DNA of 63,828 nucleotides, filler included, from Octopus bimaculoides (Eukaryota): NCBI RefSeq assembly GCF_001194135.2. It is 6 parts of 6 records of this genome, joined end to end, with 100 filler letters (N's around TTAATTAATTAA, not from the genome) between each part and the next. Parts side by side here need not be neighbours in the genome. Positions count along the whole stretch, not along the records: positions 19,468 to 48,827 come from NC_068982.1; 5 more parts are not named here. One strand, 5' to 3'. Below are positions 27,041 through 39,510 of the stretch, one piece after another; within the stretch, counting starts at the first letter, position 1; every line of letters starts with the position of its first letter. The notes below the pieces were generated by a model. That model was not told the origin of the DNA, did not search any database, and worked only from the letters and a program-made list of their open reading frames with translations. A program made the position numbers and the translations under genes.

Positions 27041-27682
27041 CAGTTATAACATGCGTTTACTCCATTCCTTGAATGTATATATATATGCGCGTATGTGCAT
27101 GTGTGTATGTTTAGAAAAAGTATATGCATTTATTCATATAAGTATATACGCTTATATATGGTATATATTCATGTATATAAATCTGTATATATATGTTTGT
27201 GTGTATGTATGTATTTATTTATTATATATATAGAGAGAGATATATATTTAGACATACATACATACATATATACATACACTGACATTCGTACACACACACA
27301 CATACACACACTCGTGTACATACTCTGCAACTACAACCAATTTTGTAGACATTATTAGTCCAAAACCAAAAAAAAAAAAATAATAAATAAATAGATAAAT
27401 AAATTAATTAATAAATAAATAATTAAATAACACGTTTCACTAAACGACATACCGCAAGTATTTACTTACAGGCGTGATTATTCTTCTCTCTTCTTCTATC
27501 ATTTACTAGTGAGGTGGGTGTAATCATAATATAGAGAGTTGGAAAACTTCAATTATTCAAATACCTCGGTTCACTGTATTACGTTAGTAGACATATTTGA
27601 TTTTTTTTTTTTATACAGCAGCAACCATCCCTTGGTATTTTAAGTTAATAGCCTTGAAACCATCCATCGGGTGGCATTCAGG

Positions 27683-28195
27683 CTAGCTCCTGCGGAGGGC
27701 ACCTTTAAGGCCTTCGGCCCCACTATCAAGCCGCTTCGCGGCCCTCTACTCTTGTTTAACGAAACTTATTTCTGCAAATGTGCTAACCCCTGATGCTGCT
27801 CATAGTTTAATCAATAAGCGTAGGAGCAAGGTAAATGCAGTAAAATTAGTGGGGTCAGTGGGGCCCTATTTAAGCGACCCTTCAGAAATTGAACCTCTTT
27901 ATGATATTCCCTTGGTGTTCATAGAATGAAATTTATTGTCATTGCTCCGATGTGGTTGCCAATGTCATGTATTTAGTGTAAAATGCAGTAAAAATTGGGG
28001 TATCAGTGGGGCTCCAATTAGGCGGCCNNNNNNNNNNNNNNNNNNNNNNNNNNNNNNNNNNNNNNNNNNNNNNNNNNNNNTGGAATTAGGGGAGTTGCTG
28101 ATTTGAGTTTCGTTGTCCTTGCGCCAACGGTCTAGGCGGAGTTAACGAATAAAAACGTAACAGACAGAGAAACATCACTCACATTTATAGTAAGA
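27683..28195 (-). mobile_element. Helitron-like non-autonomous element with internal gap
   Basis: Minus-strand 5' end reads A|TCTTACTATAAATGTGAGTGATGTTTCTCTGTCTGTTACG. There are GC hairpins (GGCCTTCGGCC, GCCGCTTCGCGGC, CTCCTGCGGAG) near a CTAG at 27683-86. The base after CTAG is C, not T. Confidence 0.5.
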
Positions 28196-28271
28196 TAAAA
28201 TCCATTCGATGTTCAGACACTGGAATCCGATATACCTCTCCAGTCATTCTAAAATCTGTAGTAACTTTTAG

Positions 28272-28321
28272 ACTATATTTCGCTGATGAGGTCTCCTAAG
28301 ACCGAAACATGCTGATATAGT
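28272..28321 (+). ncRNA. Hammerhead motif with intact core but decayed cleavage site
   Basis: CTGATGA (28283-89), stem II GGTC/GACC, GAAA (28304-07), C-ATGC. Outer stem I ACTATAT/ATATAGT is present, but no NUH triplet sits in register. Confidence 0.6.
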
Positions 28322-29863
28322 GTTAAATATCTGTATTTAAATATCTTTGGTTTTTGATTTTCGATTCACTAAACATGCAATTGCAATTGCTTACAATTTC
28401 TCGCGAAACTACATTAAGTTTTCGTCCTTTGCATAAATTATTTTCTCTGTAAAATGAGTACCTGGAATTTTCCATAGTCAAACATCTATGCTAACAAACT
28501 GCACACACACACATACACACACACACACATACATACATACATACATACACACATACACCCACATACTCTCTCTCTCTCTCCAATTTATTGCTAGTTGTAG
28601 CTGTCTATGTCTACGGGAGTAATTGTGTATGAGTAGTTGTATGTGTGGAAGTTGTAGCTGGGTATTGATGATTGTAGTTGTGTGATACTGGTTATAGCTG
28701 TGCGTTAGTAGTGGTAGTACCTTTGCGGTGGTTATCATATACGTATGCGTATTGATGACTGTAGCTGTGCAATGGCAGTTGCGGTTATGTAGTAGTGGTT
28801 ATAGCTGTGTATAGGTGATTGTATATGTCATGGGCTCAGCTCTTATTCTTCTGTCAAAACGATGTACTCCATATCCCTAATGTACTCCACTCTGAATCGT
28901 TGACGTTTTTAAATTGCACCTTTGGCTGCAGCAATTTAACTCCTACTCTTCAAAAAGTCATAAAGCCACTCTCCAAGTTTTCTCCGCTATAACTAGATCA
29001 TGTAACGTGTGATATATCGTATTATTCTATGATCTATTTTGTTGAAAACTTTTATATGTCCAGCTGCACCACACCAACATTTGACTGTCTGAGCAGCTGT
29101 TTCAATAATCTGTCGAAGTTTTATTGAAGCTGTGAGAAACAACTTACACAGGGGTGGAGAGTGGAAACCGTAATATATATCACTTAGTGAATTCTATCTG
29201 GGAGCATAATCAGCATCCCTTTAACTCTTTCATAATTCGTTCCATCAACTTTGTTGATGTGTGACGTTAGAAAGTTCTGTAATTGTTCGCATGCTTTCTG
29301 TTGCTTTCCTTAATCATAGTTCGTTTTTTTTTTTGTGATAATAGGAATTTAGTGAATGACAGAGACAAAATATGAAAGAGAGAGAGAGAGGCGTTGTTAC
29401 TGAAATCTAGATAGAAGAGAAGTGGCAGAAAGAGATAATTCTAACGTTCAAGATTAAGTCATGGTATAGCGTGTTATCAAACTAGAAGAAATGTATTAGA
29501 GTTATAGAGATAGAGTTGAGTCTTAATAATATATCCCTTTGAACTCATATAGATATGTGTGTGTGTATGTGTGTGTGTGTGCGCGCGTGTGTGTGTATAT
29601 GTATGTATGTGTATTCGTTATTAGCGACAGATGCAGTACTAGTTCAAAATAGCAATCTGTATATCGTTGAAAGTCTTATAAACTATAGTATTTTCATCGA
29701 GAAAACATCTCTTGTAGGTGTATAATGTAAAAAAACAATACAGTTTGTATGTATGTATTTTAAAGTCCCAGTCAATTTACATTTTACAATAAATTTGACT
29801 CTCTTTCAGTACTGAGTCATTCCATCAAAATTTCCTAACCAGTTGATCTTCGATCATATATAG

Positions 29864-30990
29864 TTCACCATTGAAACAATTCACAGGCAAGCTTTATTAC
29901 TAACATACGTCATATTTGTTTATGAACAGAATATGAAAGAGGAAATGCTATTTCTAACCCGTTTATCAGAAAGAAGTTGTAAAAAAGATATTTTCAATTA
30001 GGTAAAAAAAAAAAACTCCAGTTAAGAAATATTACACTGATTAATTTAATTCAAATCAGTTCTGATTGTACTGTATCCTTGACTTCCAGAAATAAAAGAC
30101 TTGTATCCAGAAAGAAATTAATTGCTACTCATGTATCTCATGTTCACTTTTGTAAGTCATATGCAATGTATCGAAGTGAAAACTACAGCAGGAGCTTTTG
30201 ATCCAGTCATATTATTCTATAAATTTTGTGAAATAAAGTTCATTTAATGATACTTCCATTAATATTAACAGAGCACCATTTTCAAAAAGTTTTGTTCTAT
30301 AGCACAAGCCAATTACACTGGCTCAATACGATTTTCGTTACATACATGAGAAAGTGTCCCTATTTTGGTTATTATTTCAGACAAAATGGCTTCAAAGTAA
30401 TCACTTTTTGTAAACATTATCTAATTTGGCCGATTAGAATATACGATATATTACTTACTGATAAATTACTTAGTAATAAATTTCTACTCTTACTTTTTTC
30501 CAGATCTCTTATAGAATTCCACAAAATAATCCAAACGAACATGTCACCATTAGAATCATCATTGTAATATTTTGTAGCAAGTTTTTTTTGATGCAGGGAC
30601 ACTAATAATTTTCAAAAAAATGTTTACTCTACCTCATATATATATATTATTAGTGCCACACCAAATATAGGTAAAAGTACAATATAGATTCTACTTATTG
30701 CACTAGATTGCAAGGTAAGTGACATTCATAAAGTTACAATTTAGCATCATAATTCTTATTGGGCCATGAAGCTATCAGAGCTTGATGTTGCAAATTTCAG
30801 AGAATTTTCCTAACTCGATGCTACGGAAGCCAAAAGCTTTTTAATTACCCTTATTCACGCTGTATTAGAAGAAAGTAAACCTAATGTTTATGATTCCATG
30901 AAACAAAACAAAACTAGAAAAAATGTTTACGTTCTTGAAAAATTACTAAACCATTACCATAGACCGCTAGTGGACCAAGTTCACCAAGTT
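29864..30990 (+). pseudogene. Decayed hAT (Charlie/Buster-like) transposase
   Basis: QALLLTYVIFVYEQNMKEEMLFLTRLSERSCKKDIFN, SDCTVSLTSRNKRLVSRKKLIATHVSHVH (TDGA..HC region), LFYSTSQLHWL (LxYxxEVRWL), MQGH and KLSELDVANFREF. Many stops and frameshifts. Confidence 0.7.
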
Positions 30991-31045
30991 GTGTAGCATT
31001 GTATTCGAACATGTTAAAATGGATTACATAAATTTTTACATATTT

Positions 31046-31686
31046 CGTAACAGGACGGGTTTCTCTTAAGACTCAGAAGTCCATGCAGATCCCACCCAAT
31101 CACATTACCGGTAACATCTGAGCTCACCATACGGCCGTACAAGCAACGAGTCAGCATCTGCGCTAATAACTTTGCCGTGGTCGTCTTCATACTGAGTACC
31201 AGCCTCTGAGTAGGCGTGTCGCTTACTACCCTTGCTTGTCTTTTCGCTTGATTCTTTGTCTTAAATACCAAGTCACACGCTTTTATATATCCTGCTTCAA
31301 TCGAGAGAGCACACACCGTACCATACGTCGGTCAGGGCTCCTTCCAACTTTTCCCCAAAACTTACCCCTTGTACTTTCCTAGGTAAATTCATTGGGTAAG
31401 GAAGTACTGTCTTTCTCACGATTTCTCGCCTATTGCTCCTTTTTATCTTTTCTAGAGCTGTTTCAAGTCGAGTCGTTCCTTTTGACCCCGAATGCTTATA
31501 CTGGTGGTGTTGCTCTCGTTGCTATTCATACTACTTATGCATTTTCTTTTTCTATTTTCAAAATTAAATTTTTTTGTTATCGTTTGTACAAATGCAAGTG
31601 TCTAAACTTTTTGCATAATGCTTACATTTTCTATTTATCGATTTCTATGTATGAAAATGATCTGGGACATGTTTGTTTCCGTTACA
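31046..31686 (-). mobile_element. Possible solo LTR
   Basis: Minus strand begins TGTAAC and ends GTTACG, with TATATAAAA about 240 nt from the end. I found no TSD or AATAAA. Confidence 0.3.
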
Positions 31687-31934
31687 GAGAATATGTCTGC
31701 GGTGGCAATGTTGCATGTTGACTATGGTAGAAATATAGAAAATTTTTTTTTAAATGTTTCGACGAGCGTTTTTTTTTTTTATTATTTTTTCTATTTATAA
31801 TACTAAAGCAGCATGTGGGCGGGGGGCATTGAAACATTCTGAGCTGTTTTGTAGGAAATTCAAAGATTATTTTTTCATTGGAGCTCTGAGAGTTGATATT
31901 TTTTTTTAATATTTATTATAATGGTTTCTTGTTT

Positions 31935-33025
31935 AGGCACAACGCCTATAACTTCAAGGGAAGGGGATTTGGTCAAATCCAGTATTTGACTGGTGCTTTA
32001 TTTTATCGTTCCCCGAAGGGATGAAAAGCAAAACCGACCTAAACGGAGTTTGAAATCTGAATGTAAAAAGCAGAACAATGAGACAAAGCATTTTTCTGGC
32101 GCTTCAACAATTCTGCCTGCTCACCGCCATCGCCTTCGTAATAATAATAATCCTTTCTACTATAGGCACAAGGCCTGAAATTTCGGGGAAGGGGGCTTGT
32201 CGATTGTAGTACTCAATTGGTACTTATTTTATCGACCCCAGTATGCAACTAGTTCTTATTTTATCGACTCCGAAAGGATGAAAGTCAAAGTCGACCCCAG
32301 TGGAATTTGAACTCAGAACGTAAAGACGAACGAAAAGCTGCTTAGAGTTTTTTTTTTCCTGCGCACTAACGATTCAACCGATCGCTGATCGCCCCTAGTG
32401 CTCGACTGATTCCTTATTTTATTGATACCGAGAGGATGAAAGGCAAAGTCAACCTTGGCAGAATTTGAACTAGGAACGTAGAACTGGAAGGAATGTCACT
32501 AACCATTTCATCCGACGCGGTAACAATTTTGCCAGTTCGCCTCCTTGTAAAGATGAAAGGAAAAAGATGACTGCGGCGGGAATCGGAATATAAAGAAATT
32601 CTGCAACGCGTTTTATCCGATATTGTGCCGATTTTGCCTATTCACCAACCCAATAAGATTTTGGAGGAGAAGACTAATCGATTACGTCGACCACAGTGCT
32701 CGACCCTGAATGAATGAAAGGCAAAATCGATCTTGGCGGAATTTGAACTCAGAAAGGAGATAGGGACGAAATGTCACTTAGCATTTTTCCAACGTGCTAA
32801 CGATTCTGCCAGCTCGCTGCCTTAAAACAATACTTTCTACTGTAGGCACAAGGTTTGAAATTTTAAGTGTAGTGGGTGGGAGGCATGTCGATTACGTCGA
32901 ACCCAGTACTCAACTGGTACTTATCTTATTGACCACGGTGACATTTGAACTCAGAACGTAAAGCCGGAAGAAGTGCCGCGACGCATATTGTCCGGATTCT
33001 AAAAATTCTGTTAGCTCACCGACCT
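31935..33025 (-). mobile_element. Head-to-tail cluster of about six SINE family B copies
   Basis: GATGAAAG.CAAA.TCGA..GAATTTGAACTCAGAA-type motifs recur in units at about 31935, 32140, 32386, 32547, 32650 and 32824, all on the minus strand. Confidence 0.8.
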
Positions 33026-33104
33026 ACTATGATTGCTAATACTACTACTAATAATAATAATAATAATAAAAACAACAACAACAATAATAATAATAATAAT
33101 CATC

Positions 33105-33202
33105 ATCATCGTCGTCGTCGTTTAACGTCCGCTTTCCATGCTAGCATGGGTTGGACGATTTGACTGAGGACTGGTGAAACCAGATGGCTACACCAGGCTC
33201 CA
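33105..33202 (-). mobile_element. RTE-like LINE 3' end with (GAT/GAC)n tail
   Basis: Minus strand ends CCATGCTAGCATGGAAAGCGGACGTTAAACGACGACGACGATGATG. The same sequence occurs at 48928. Confidence 0.6.
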
Positions 33203-33212
33203 TAATAACAAC

Positions 33213-33243
<31 letters not shown>

Positions 33244-34670
33244 GTAATAATAATAATAATAATAATAATAGTAATAATAATAATAATGGTGATGATGATG
33301 ATGATGACGACGACGACGACGACGACGATGATGATGGTTGTGATCTTTATCATCATCACCATCATAGTCATGATGGTGATGATGGTGATGATGATCATCA
33401 TCATCATAAATATATTGATTTCCAGGTACTGACCTGAAGACGAAGCCTAGAGACGAAAAGAAAATGGAAAACCAAAATAAACAATAACAAGGGGAAATAG
33501 CACCAAAACATCAGCATCTACAAAAAAAAANNNNNNNNNNAAAAAAAAAAAAAAAAAAAGAATGACAATAGCTACAAGACCAACAAAAAACAGCAGTGAC
33601 AACGGCAACGCTATTAAGAGCCTCGCGATGGCGAGAAAGTAAGAATGTAAGAATGAATAAGAAATGAGAAAAGATTAGAAAAAAAAAACTAATGGCGATG
33701 AAAATATAGCGACTGTATTATAGCTAGTTTGTTCTTCAGGCAATGAATATTTGAGAAGATATTTATATTCGTCCTTGACACACACAATATTGATTTGTCC
33801 GGCTAACAACTACAGTTTAACACCACAGGTGTATTTTGTATTATGCAGGCTTCATTTGCCTCTCTCGACATACGCACGCAAGGAAAAAGCACATGTGTTG
33901 TTATACATATAAATATGTGTGAGTATCAACGCGTGTATGGATGTGTGTTCAGGAACAACCTCTTTTTCCGTATTTTTTGTTTACTTCTGGCATGGTCAAT
34001 GGCCATACCTTCGGCACCACCATGAAGTGTTTAATCAGCTAAAATAGATTTCTGTACTTATGTTTAAGTTTGACACATATTCCGTTGGTTTCTTTCTGCC
34101 GAAGCGCTAAGTTGTGGTGTGGGGAACAATCCAACACTGATTGTGAAGAAACGAGAGACAAACAAAAATGCGCTCATACACGTGCACAGACACAAACACA
34201 TACACACACACACACATATATATGTGTGTGTGTGCTATGTGTGTATATATATATATAGGTATATATGTATATATATATATACATATATATGTATGTATAT
34301 ANNNNNNNNNNNNNNNNNNNNNNNNNNNNNNNNNNNNNNNNNNNNNNNNNNNNNNNNNNNNNNNNNNNNNNNNNNNNNNNNNNNNNNNNNNNNNNNNNNN
34401 NNNNNNNNNNNNNNNNNNNNNNNNNNNNNNNNNNNNNNNNNNNNNNNNNNNNNNNNNNNNNNNNNNNNNNNNNNNNNNNNNNNNNNNNNNNNNNNNNNNN
34501 NNNNNNNNNNNNNNNNNNNNNNNNNNNNNNNNNNNNNNNNNNNNNNNNNNNNNNNNNNNNNNNNNNNNNNNNNNNNNNNGTGACTGCGAATCAAACCTTT
34601 TAATCATGCTGCCAAGCCTGTGCTTGAGTGCATACGTGTGTTTGTATGTGTGTATGCATATATACATATT

Positions 34671-34754
<84 letters not shown>

Positions 34755-35145
34755 TGTATACCTACCTATCTACATATCTACATAGAAACATACATAAATA
34801 CATACATACATGCATGCATGCATGCATGCATCCATCCATCCATCCATCCATCCATACACACATGCATACATACATACAGTCTTATTCCCACCAACAAGCA
34901 CGCTCTAGTAAGTCAAGTGGTAGCGCTCAACGGATTCCAGCCTGGATTATTTGTGTAACTAAGTTGTGTGCAAAGTATCCAACACCGGATGTCAAGCAGT
35001 TGTGGATACAAATACGTTTTTGATTCCTTTTGTTTTTCATAATGTCGCCAGACATATGCTAAAATATTCAATGGACCATTGGTAGTAGCTATGAATATGA
35101 TACGAATGTGATGCTATAGATCAGGACAAACGGCTATATATATAT

Positions 35146-35550
35146 ATGTACACCTATAAGACCAAGAAAGCTCTTTACAACTGGGCTACTGGTTATAAAA
35201 TGTCGTTCAAGGCCAAACATTTCTGTGTCTTTTCTTTGCGGAAGAGAATTCCAATAATATGTTCCGCTATGCCTGCAAACACAGAAATCAACTTTGAGCA
35301 CATTCGTTGCCTTGGTATAGTTATGTCTGTTTGTGAACTGCGTGTAGCTAAGTCAGCACATAAATGTTTGCCTAAACATATAAGCCGTTGACAACTTGTC
35401 GAGTGCTCAGAGTCTGAGAAATAGGAACATTTACCATTGGGAAACCTGACTTTGACAACTGTTCATATTTGTGGTCCGCTAGAAGTTCAGGTCTTATCTA
35501 CCAGCTGGAGAGATTGCGATATACTTTCATCAGAAGAAAAGACAAATCTC
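35146..35550 (+). pseudogene. CR1-group LINE reverse transcriptase C-terminal remnant
   Basis: KALYNWATGYKMSFKAKHF..IRCLGIVMS and FDNCSYLWSARSSGLIYQLERLRYTFIRRK match the L..W...N.M.FN..K, VRDLGI and LDYCS.LW..LE.VQR.F motifs. Confidence 0.75.
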
Positions 35551-35634
35551 ACACCTGAACAGCAAGAGACACATTATTTCTATATTCTGTCATCAGCAGA
35601 CAGACAGACAGACAGATAGACATCTATTTATAGC

Positions 35635-35692
<58 letters not shown>

Positions 35693-36127
35693 GTGTGGGT
35701 AGGTACGCAGATGGATGGATGGATGGATGGATGGATGGAAGGAAGGAAGGAAGGAAGGATGGAAGGAAGGAAAGAAGGAAGGAAGGAAGGAAGATCCTCT
35801 AACATTTTGTTCTAAACTTTACAAAATAGAGATAAAAATAATGGTAGATACTGTTTGAGGGTAGTGTTGGATTTCAAACATTCCTCACATCAGAAATCTA
35901 TACTGCAACAGCTTGGTATTTAAAGATCTGCAAGTCTACAACTGTCTTCAAAAGAATTACGAAGCATAACCAAAGTTTCTCATGAGACTTTGATAAGGTA
36001 TCTAAATGTATTTTTCTCTAACACTCCAAAACTGCTATCTTCAAAAGGAGAAAATCGAAGTAGAGAAATGACGATCGTTTCGTTGATCCACTAGTTAGAT
36101 ATACCGTGTACACTGCATATGTATGTG

Positions 36128-36175
<48 letters not shown>

Positions 36176-36994
36176 TCAGTGAGTGAGTCAGTGAGTGAGT
36201 GTGTGTGTGTGTGCGCGTAAGGTTATATGAATGTCTCTCTAGTGAGAAAATAAACTGAGAGAGAATGAAAACCTTGTGGATTCAGGGTTCAAGCATGGCG
36301 ACTGGTTGAGAAAAAAAGGGTTTGACAGGAGAGGTGAAAAGAAGGGGGAAATAANNNNNNNNNNNNNNNNNNNNNNNNNNNNNNNNNNNNNNNNNNNNNN
36401 NNNNNNNNNNNNNNNNNNNNNNNNNNNNNNNNNNNNNNNNNNNNNNNNNNNNNNNNNNNNNNNNNNNNNNNNNNNNNNNNNNNNNNNNNNNNNNNNNNNN
36501 NNNNNNNNNNNNNNNNNNNNNNNNNNNNNNNNNNNNNNNNNNNNNNNNNNNNNNNNNNNNNNNNNNNNNNNNNNNNNNNNNNNNNNNNNNNNNNNNNNNN
36601 NNNNNNNNNNNNNNNNNNNNNNNNNNNNNNNNNNNNNNNNNNNNNNNNNNNNNNNNNNNNNNNNNNNNNNNNNNNNNNNNNNNNNNNNNNNNNNNNNNNN
36701 NNNNNNNNNNNNNNNNNNNNNNNNNNNNNNNNNNNNNNNNNNNNNNNNNNNNNNNNNNNNNNNNNNNNNNNNNNNNNNNNNNGGAGTACGCGGATGTGAG
36801 TGTGGGTGAGTGGGAGGGAGTGGTATCAAGTCAGATGAAGAGAGTAGGGGCACAATGGAGTGAAGAGAGAAGAATAACTGTTGTTCACGGCAAAGGTGGG
36901 AGTCCAGATGGTCCCTGTGCAAAGACAATCCGAACACAGACAGTTGTTGTAGTGAATGACTAGTGGAGCAGGTACATATATATAAGTCTTACAT

Positions 36995-37061
<67 letters not shown>

Positions 37062-37064
37062 TAG

Positions 37065-37470
37065 ACGCAAGCGTGGTTGTGTGGTAAGAAGTTTGTTTCC
37101 CAACCACATGATTACGGGCTCAATCCCACTACGTAGCATTTTGAGCAAGCGTCATCTTCTATAACCTCGGACAGACCAAAGCCTCGTCAATAGATTTTGG
37201 TAGACGGAAACCGAAAGAAGCCCGTCCAATATATGTGCATGTGGCGTGTGTGCGTGCATGTGTGTCTGGTTCTGTATTTGTATCCAACAACTGCTTGACA
37301 TCCGATGTTGGAGTGTTTACGGCCCTGTAACAGCAGTTCGGTTAAAGAAAGGCATAAATTAAGTATCAGGCTTAAAAAAAAGTAAGTACTTGCATCGATT
37401 CATTCGACTAAAATTCTTCGAGGCAGTACCCCAACATGGCGACAGTCTAATGACAGAAACAAGTAATATA
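37065..37470 (+). mobile_element. SINE family A, full length
   Basis: GGTTGTGTGGTAAGAAG head, GAAAGAAGCCCGTC, internal TG tract and GACAGAAACAAGTAA tail. Confidence 0.85.
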
Positions 37471-37477
37471 TAACATA

Positions 37478-37532
<55 letters not shown>

Positions 37533-37604
37533 AATAACATATAAATATATACATATATACATATATGTACATACCTACATATGTATATATACATGCATAA
37601 ATGG

Positions 37605-37850
37605 GTACGGGACATAAAAAAAAAACGTTTAAACACAATGAGAAACGTAAACATGAAAACGAAAACATAGAAAAAGAACTTTTTTCGAACAACGAAAAAA
37701 ACAAACAGAGAAACAAGACATGCAACATAAAGAATATACCCTTTCTTCAGTTGTCCCCGTTTCATCTACTCCGCGTTTCGAAGGTAAGGACAATACGCGA
37801 CTTCGTTGAAACAGTCCTTACCGCAAAGCAAATTAATTAAAATTTGGGAT
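37605..37850. repeat. Dispersed repeat, second copy at 56695-56880
   Basis: Both share ACAACGAAAAAAACAAACAGAGAAAC.AGACATGCAACAT..CAGTTGTCCCC..ATCTACTCCGCGTTTCGAAGGTAA. Confidence 0.8.
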
Positions 37851-39075
37851 TTTTTGCGGAGGATGGATGAAAGTGTTAACAACATTTAATCTTTTATATT
37901 GAACACTCAATATTTCTTCTATTCAATAAGACATATTCCATATATTCAATGCCTTTATATATTTAATCCTTTATATTGAACACTCAATATTTCATCTTTT
38001 CAATAAGACATATTCCATATATTCAATAAGACATTCAATACTTTATCTCATAGTACCATCCATTTTTATTTTATATTATATATTGTATATTATATTATAT
38101 ATTGTATATTCCATATTCTATATCCCACATTGGTTTTGCAGGAATATAAATAAAACATAAAAAACAGACAGTGCTGGAACACTTTTAAACAAAATAATAT
38201 ATTCCTCTATACACAATCATACAAAACCCCTTNNNNNNNNNNNNNNNNNNNNNNNNNNNNNNNNNNNNNNNNNNNNNNNNNNNNNNNNNNNNNNNNNNNN
38301 NNNNNNNNNNNNNNNNNNNNNNNNNNNNNNNNNNTATATATATATATATATATATTATGATGTGTTTGAGGTAGCAACTAATCGTATATTAATATATATT
38401 GTCATTTCACATGCCGATTCAAATTTATGTCCCCAAATGCGCTAAAAATGAAAACACCTAGCACTACTTAACAATCACTTAAAATCATTAGTATCTACTT
38501 AGATATCCGTCTGAAACCATGATGTGCGTTAATTATAATTTTTAAAAAAGCACAAATGGATCATCCGTCGGTTTAGGCGATGATGAGATTCGCGGTTGTT
38601 CGAGCAACTGAAGTGCTTTTAATCATAATTCATTTAATTAACGTCTAAGTGGCTGAGTATTCCTCAGACATTTATACGCATAATGTAATCTTCGGGCAGA
38701 ATCAGTATGTCACAATAGGTAATGAAGCAGGCTCTTTGAATCACATGTTCAGTCTATCATTCTTTTCCCTCGCTCTTTCTCTTTTCCCTTTCTCCCACTT
38801 CGCTCTTCTGCCTGAGTCCCTCTCTCTCTCCCTCTCTCTCCCTTTCTCGCTCTCTCTCTCCCTCTCTCTCCCTTTCTCGCTCTCTCTCTCCCTTTCTCTC
38901 TCTCTCTCTCTCTCTCTGTATCACTATCTATTTATATTTATATTCTGTGATCAGCAGACAGACAGACAGACAGGCAGGCAGGCAGGCAGGCAGGCAGACA
39001 GACAGACAGACAGACAGANNNNNNNNNNGGCAGGCAGGCAGACAGACAGACAGACAGACAGATAGACAGATAGAC

Positions 39076-39136
<61 letters not shown>

Positions 39137-39145
39137 CAGCTAGAC

Positions 39146-39199
<54 letters not shown>

Positions 39200-39211
39200 T
39201 ATATCAATACA

Positions 39212-39314
39212 AGAAGAGTGGTGTTAGATGAATTCGAAGTTTCGGGCTGCAAGCATTCGACGGACTGTGAAGGCTAACAGACCAAAACTTCGAAGTCACG
39301 GTCAACACTCTTCT
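39212..39314. repeat. Imperfect inverted repeat made of two decayed hammerhead motifs
   Basis: Arms AGAAGAGTG..TTCGAAGTTTCGG / CCAAAACTTCGAAGTC..CACTCTTCT. The plus strand reads CTG-TGA-AGGC..GACC-AAAAC-TTCGAA-GTC. Confidence 0.6.
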
Positions 39315-39510
39315 AGTAATAGTATAATAAATACTCTACAAAAAGTATTCAGTAATCCTTCGTTTTACGCAAAATTTTTTATACTATAACTCAAACATAA
39401 AAGCATTAATAATTTTGTATGGGCATATATATATTACGGAGATGTACCTGCATAGCAAGCGACCTGATCTGAGATCGTGTGCTGAAACAAAAACAATTGC
39501 AACATGGAAG

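Larger units (their letters stand above)
26790..27070. repeat. Near-perfect palindrome, 136-bp arms, 9-nt loop
   Basis: Arms 26790-26925 and 26935-27070, with two mismatches by manual comparison. Confidence 0.97.

Noticed and set aside
36783-36960. CR1-like 3' coding remnant on the minus strand (HYNNCLCS)
   Set aside because: The resemblance is limited to a few residues next to a gap, which is too weak to call.
37741-37825. Hammerhead in the 37.6/56.7-kb repeat
   Set aside because: GAAACGCG and CTGAAGA occur but cannot be arranged with consistent stems in any topology I tried.
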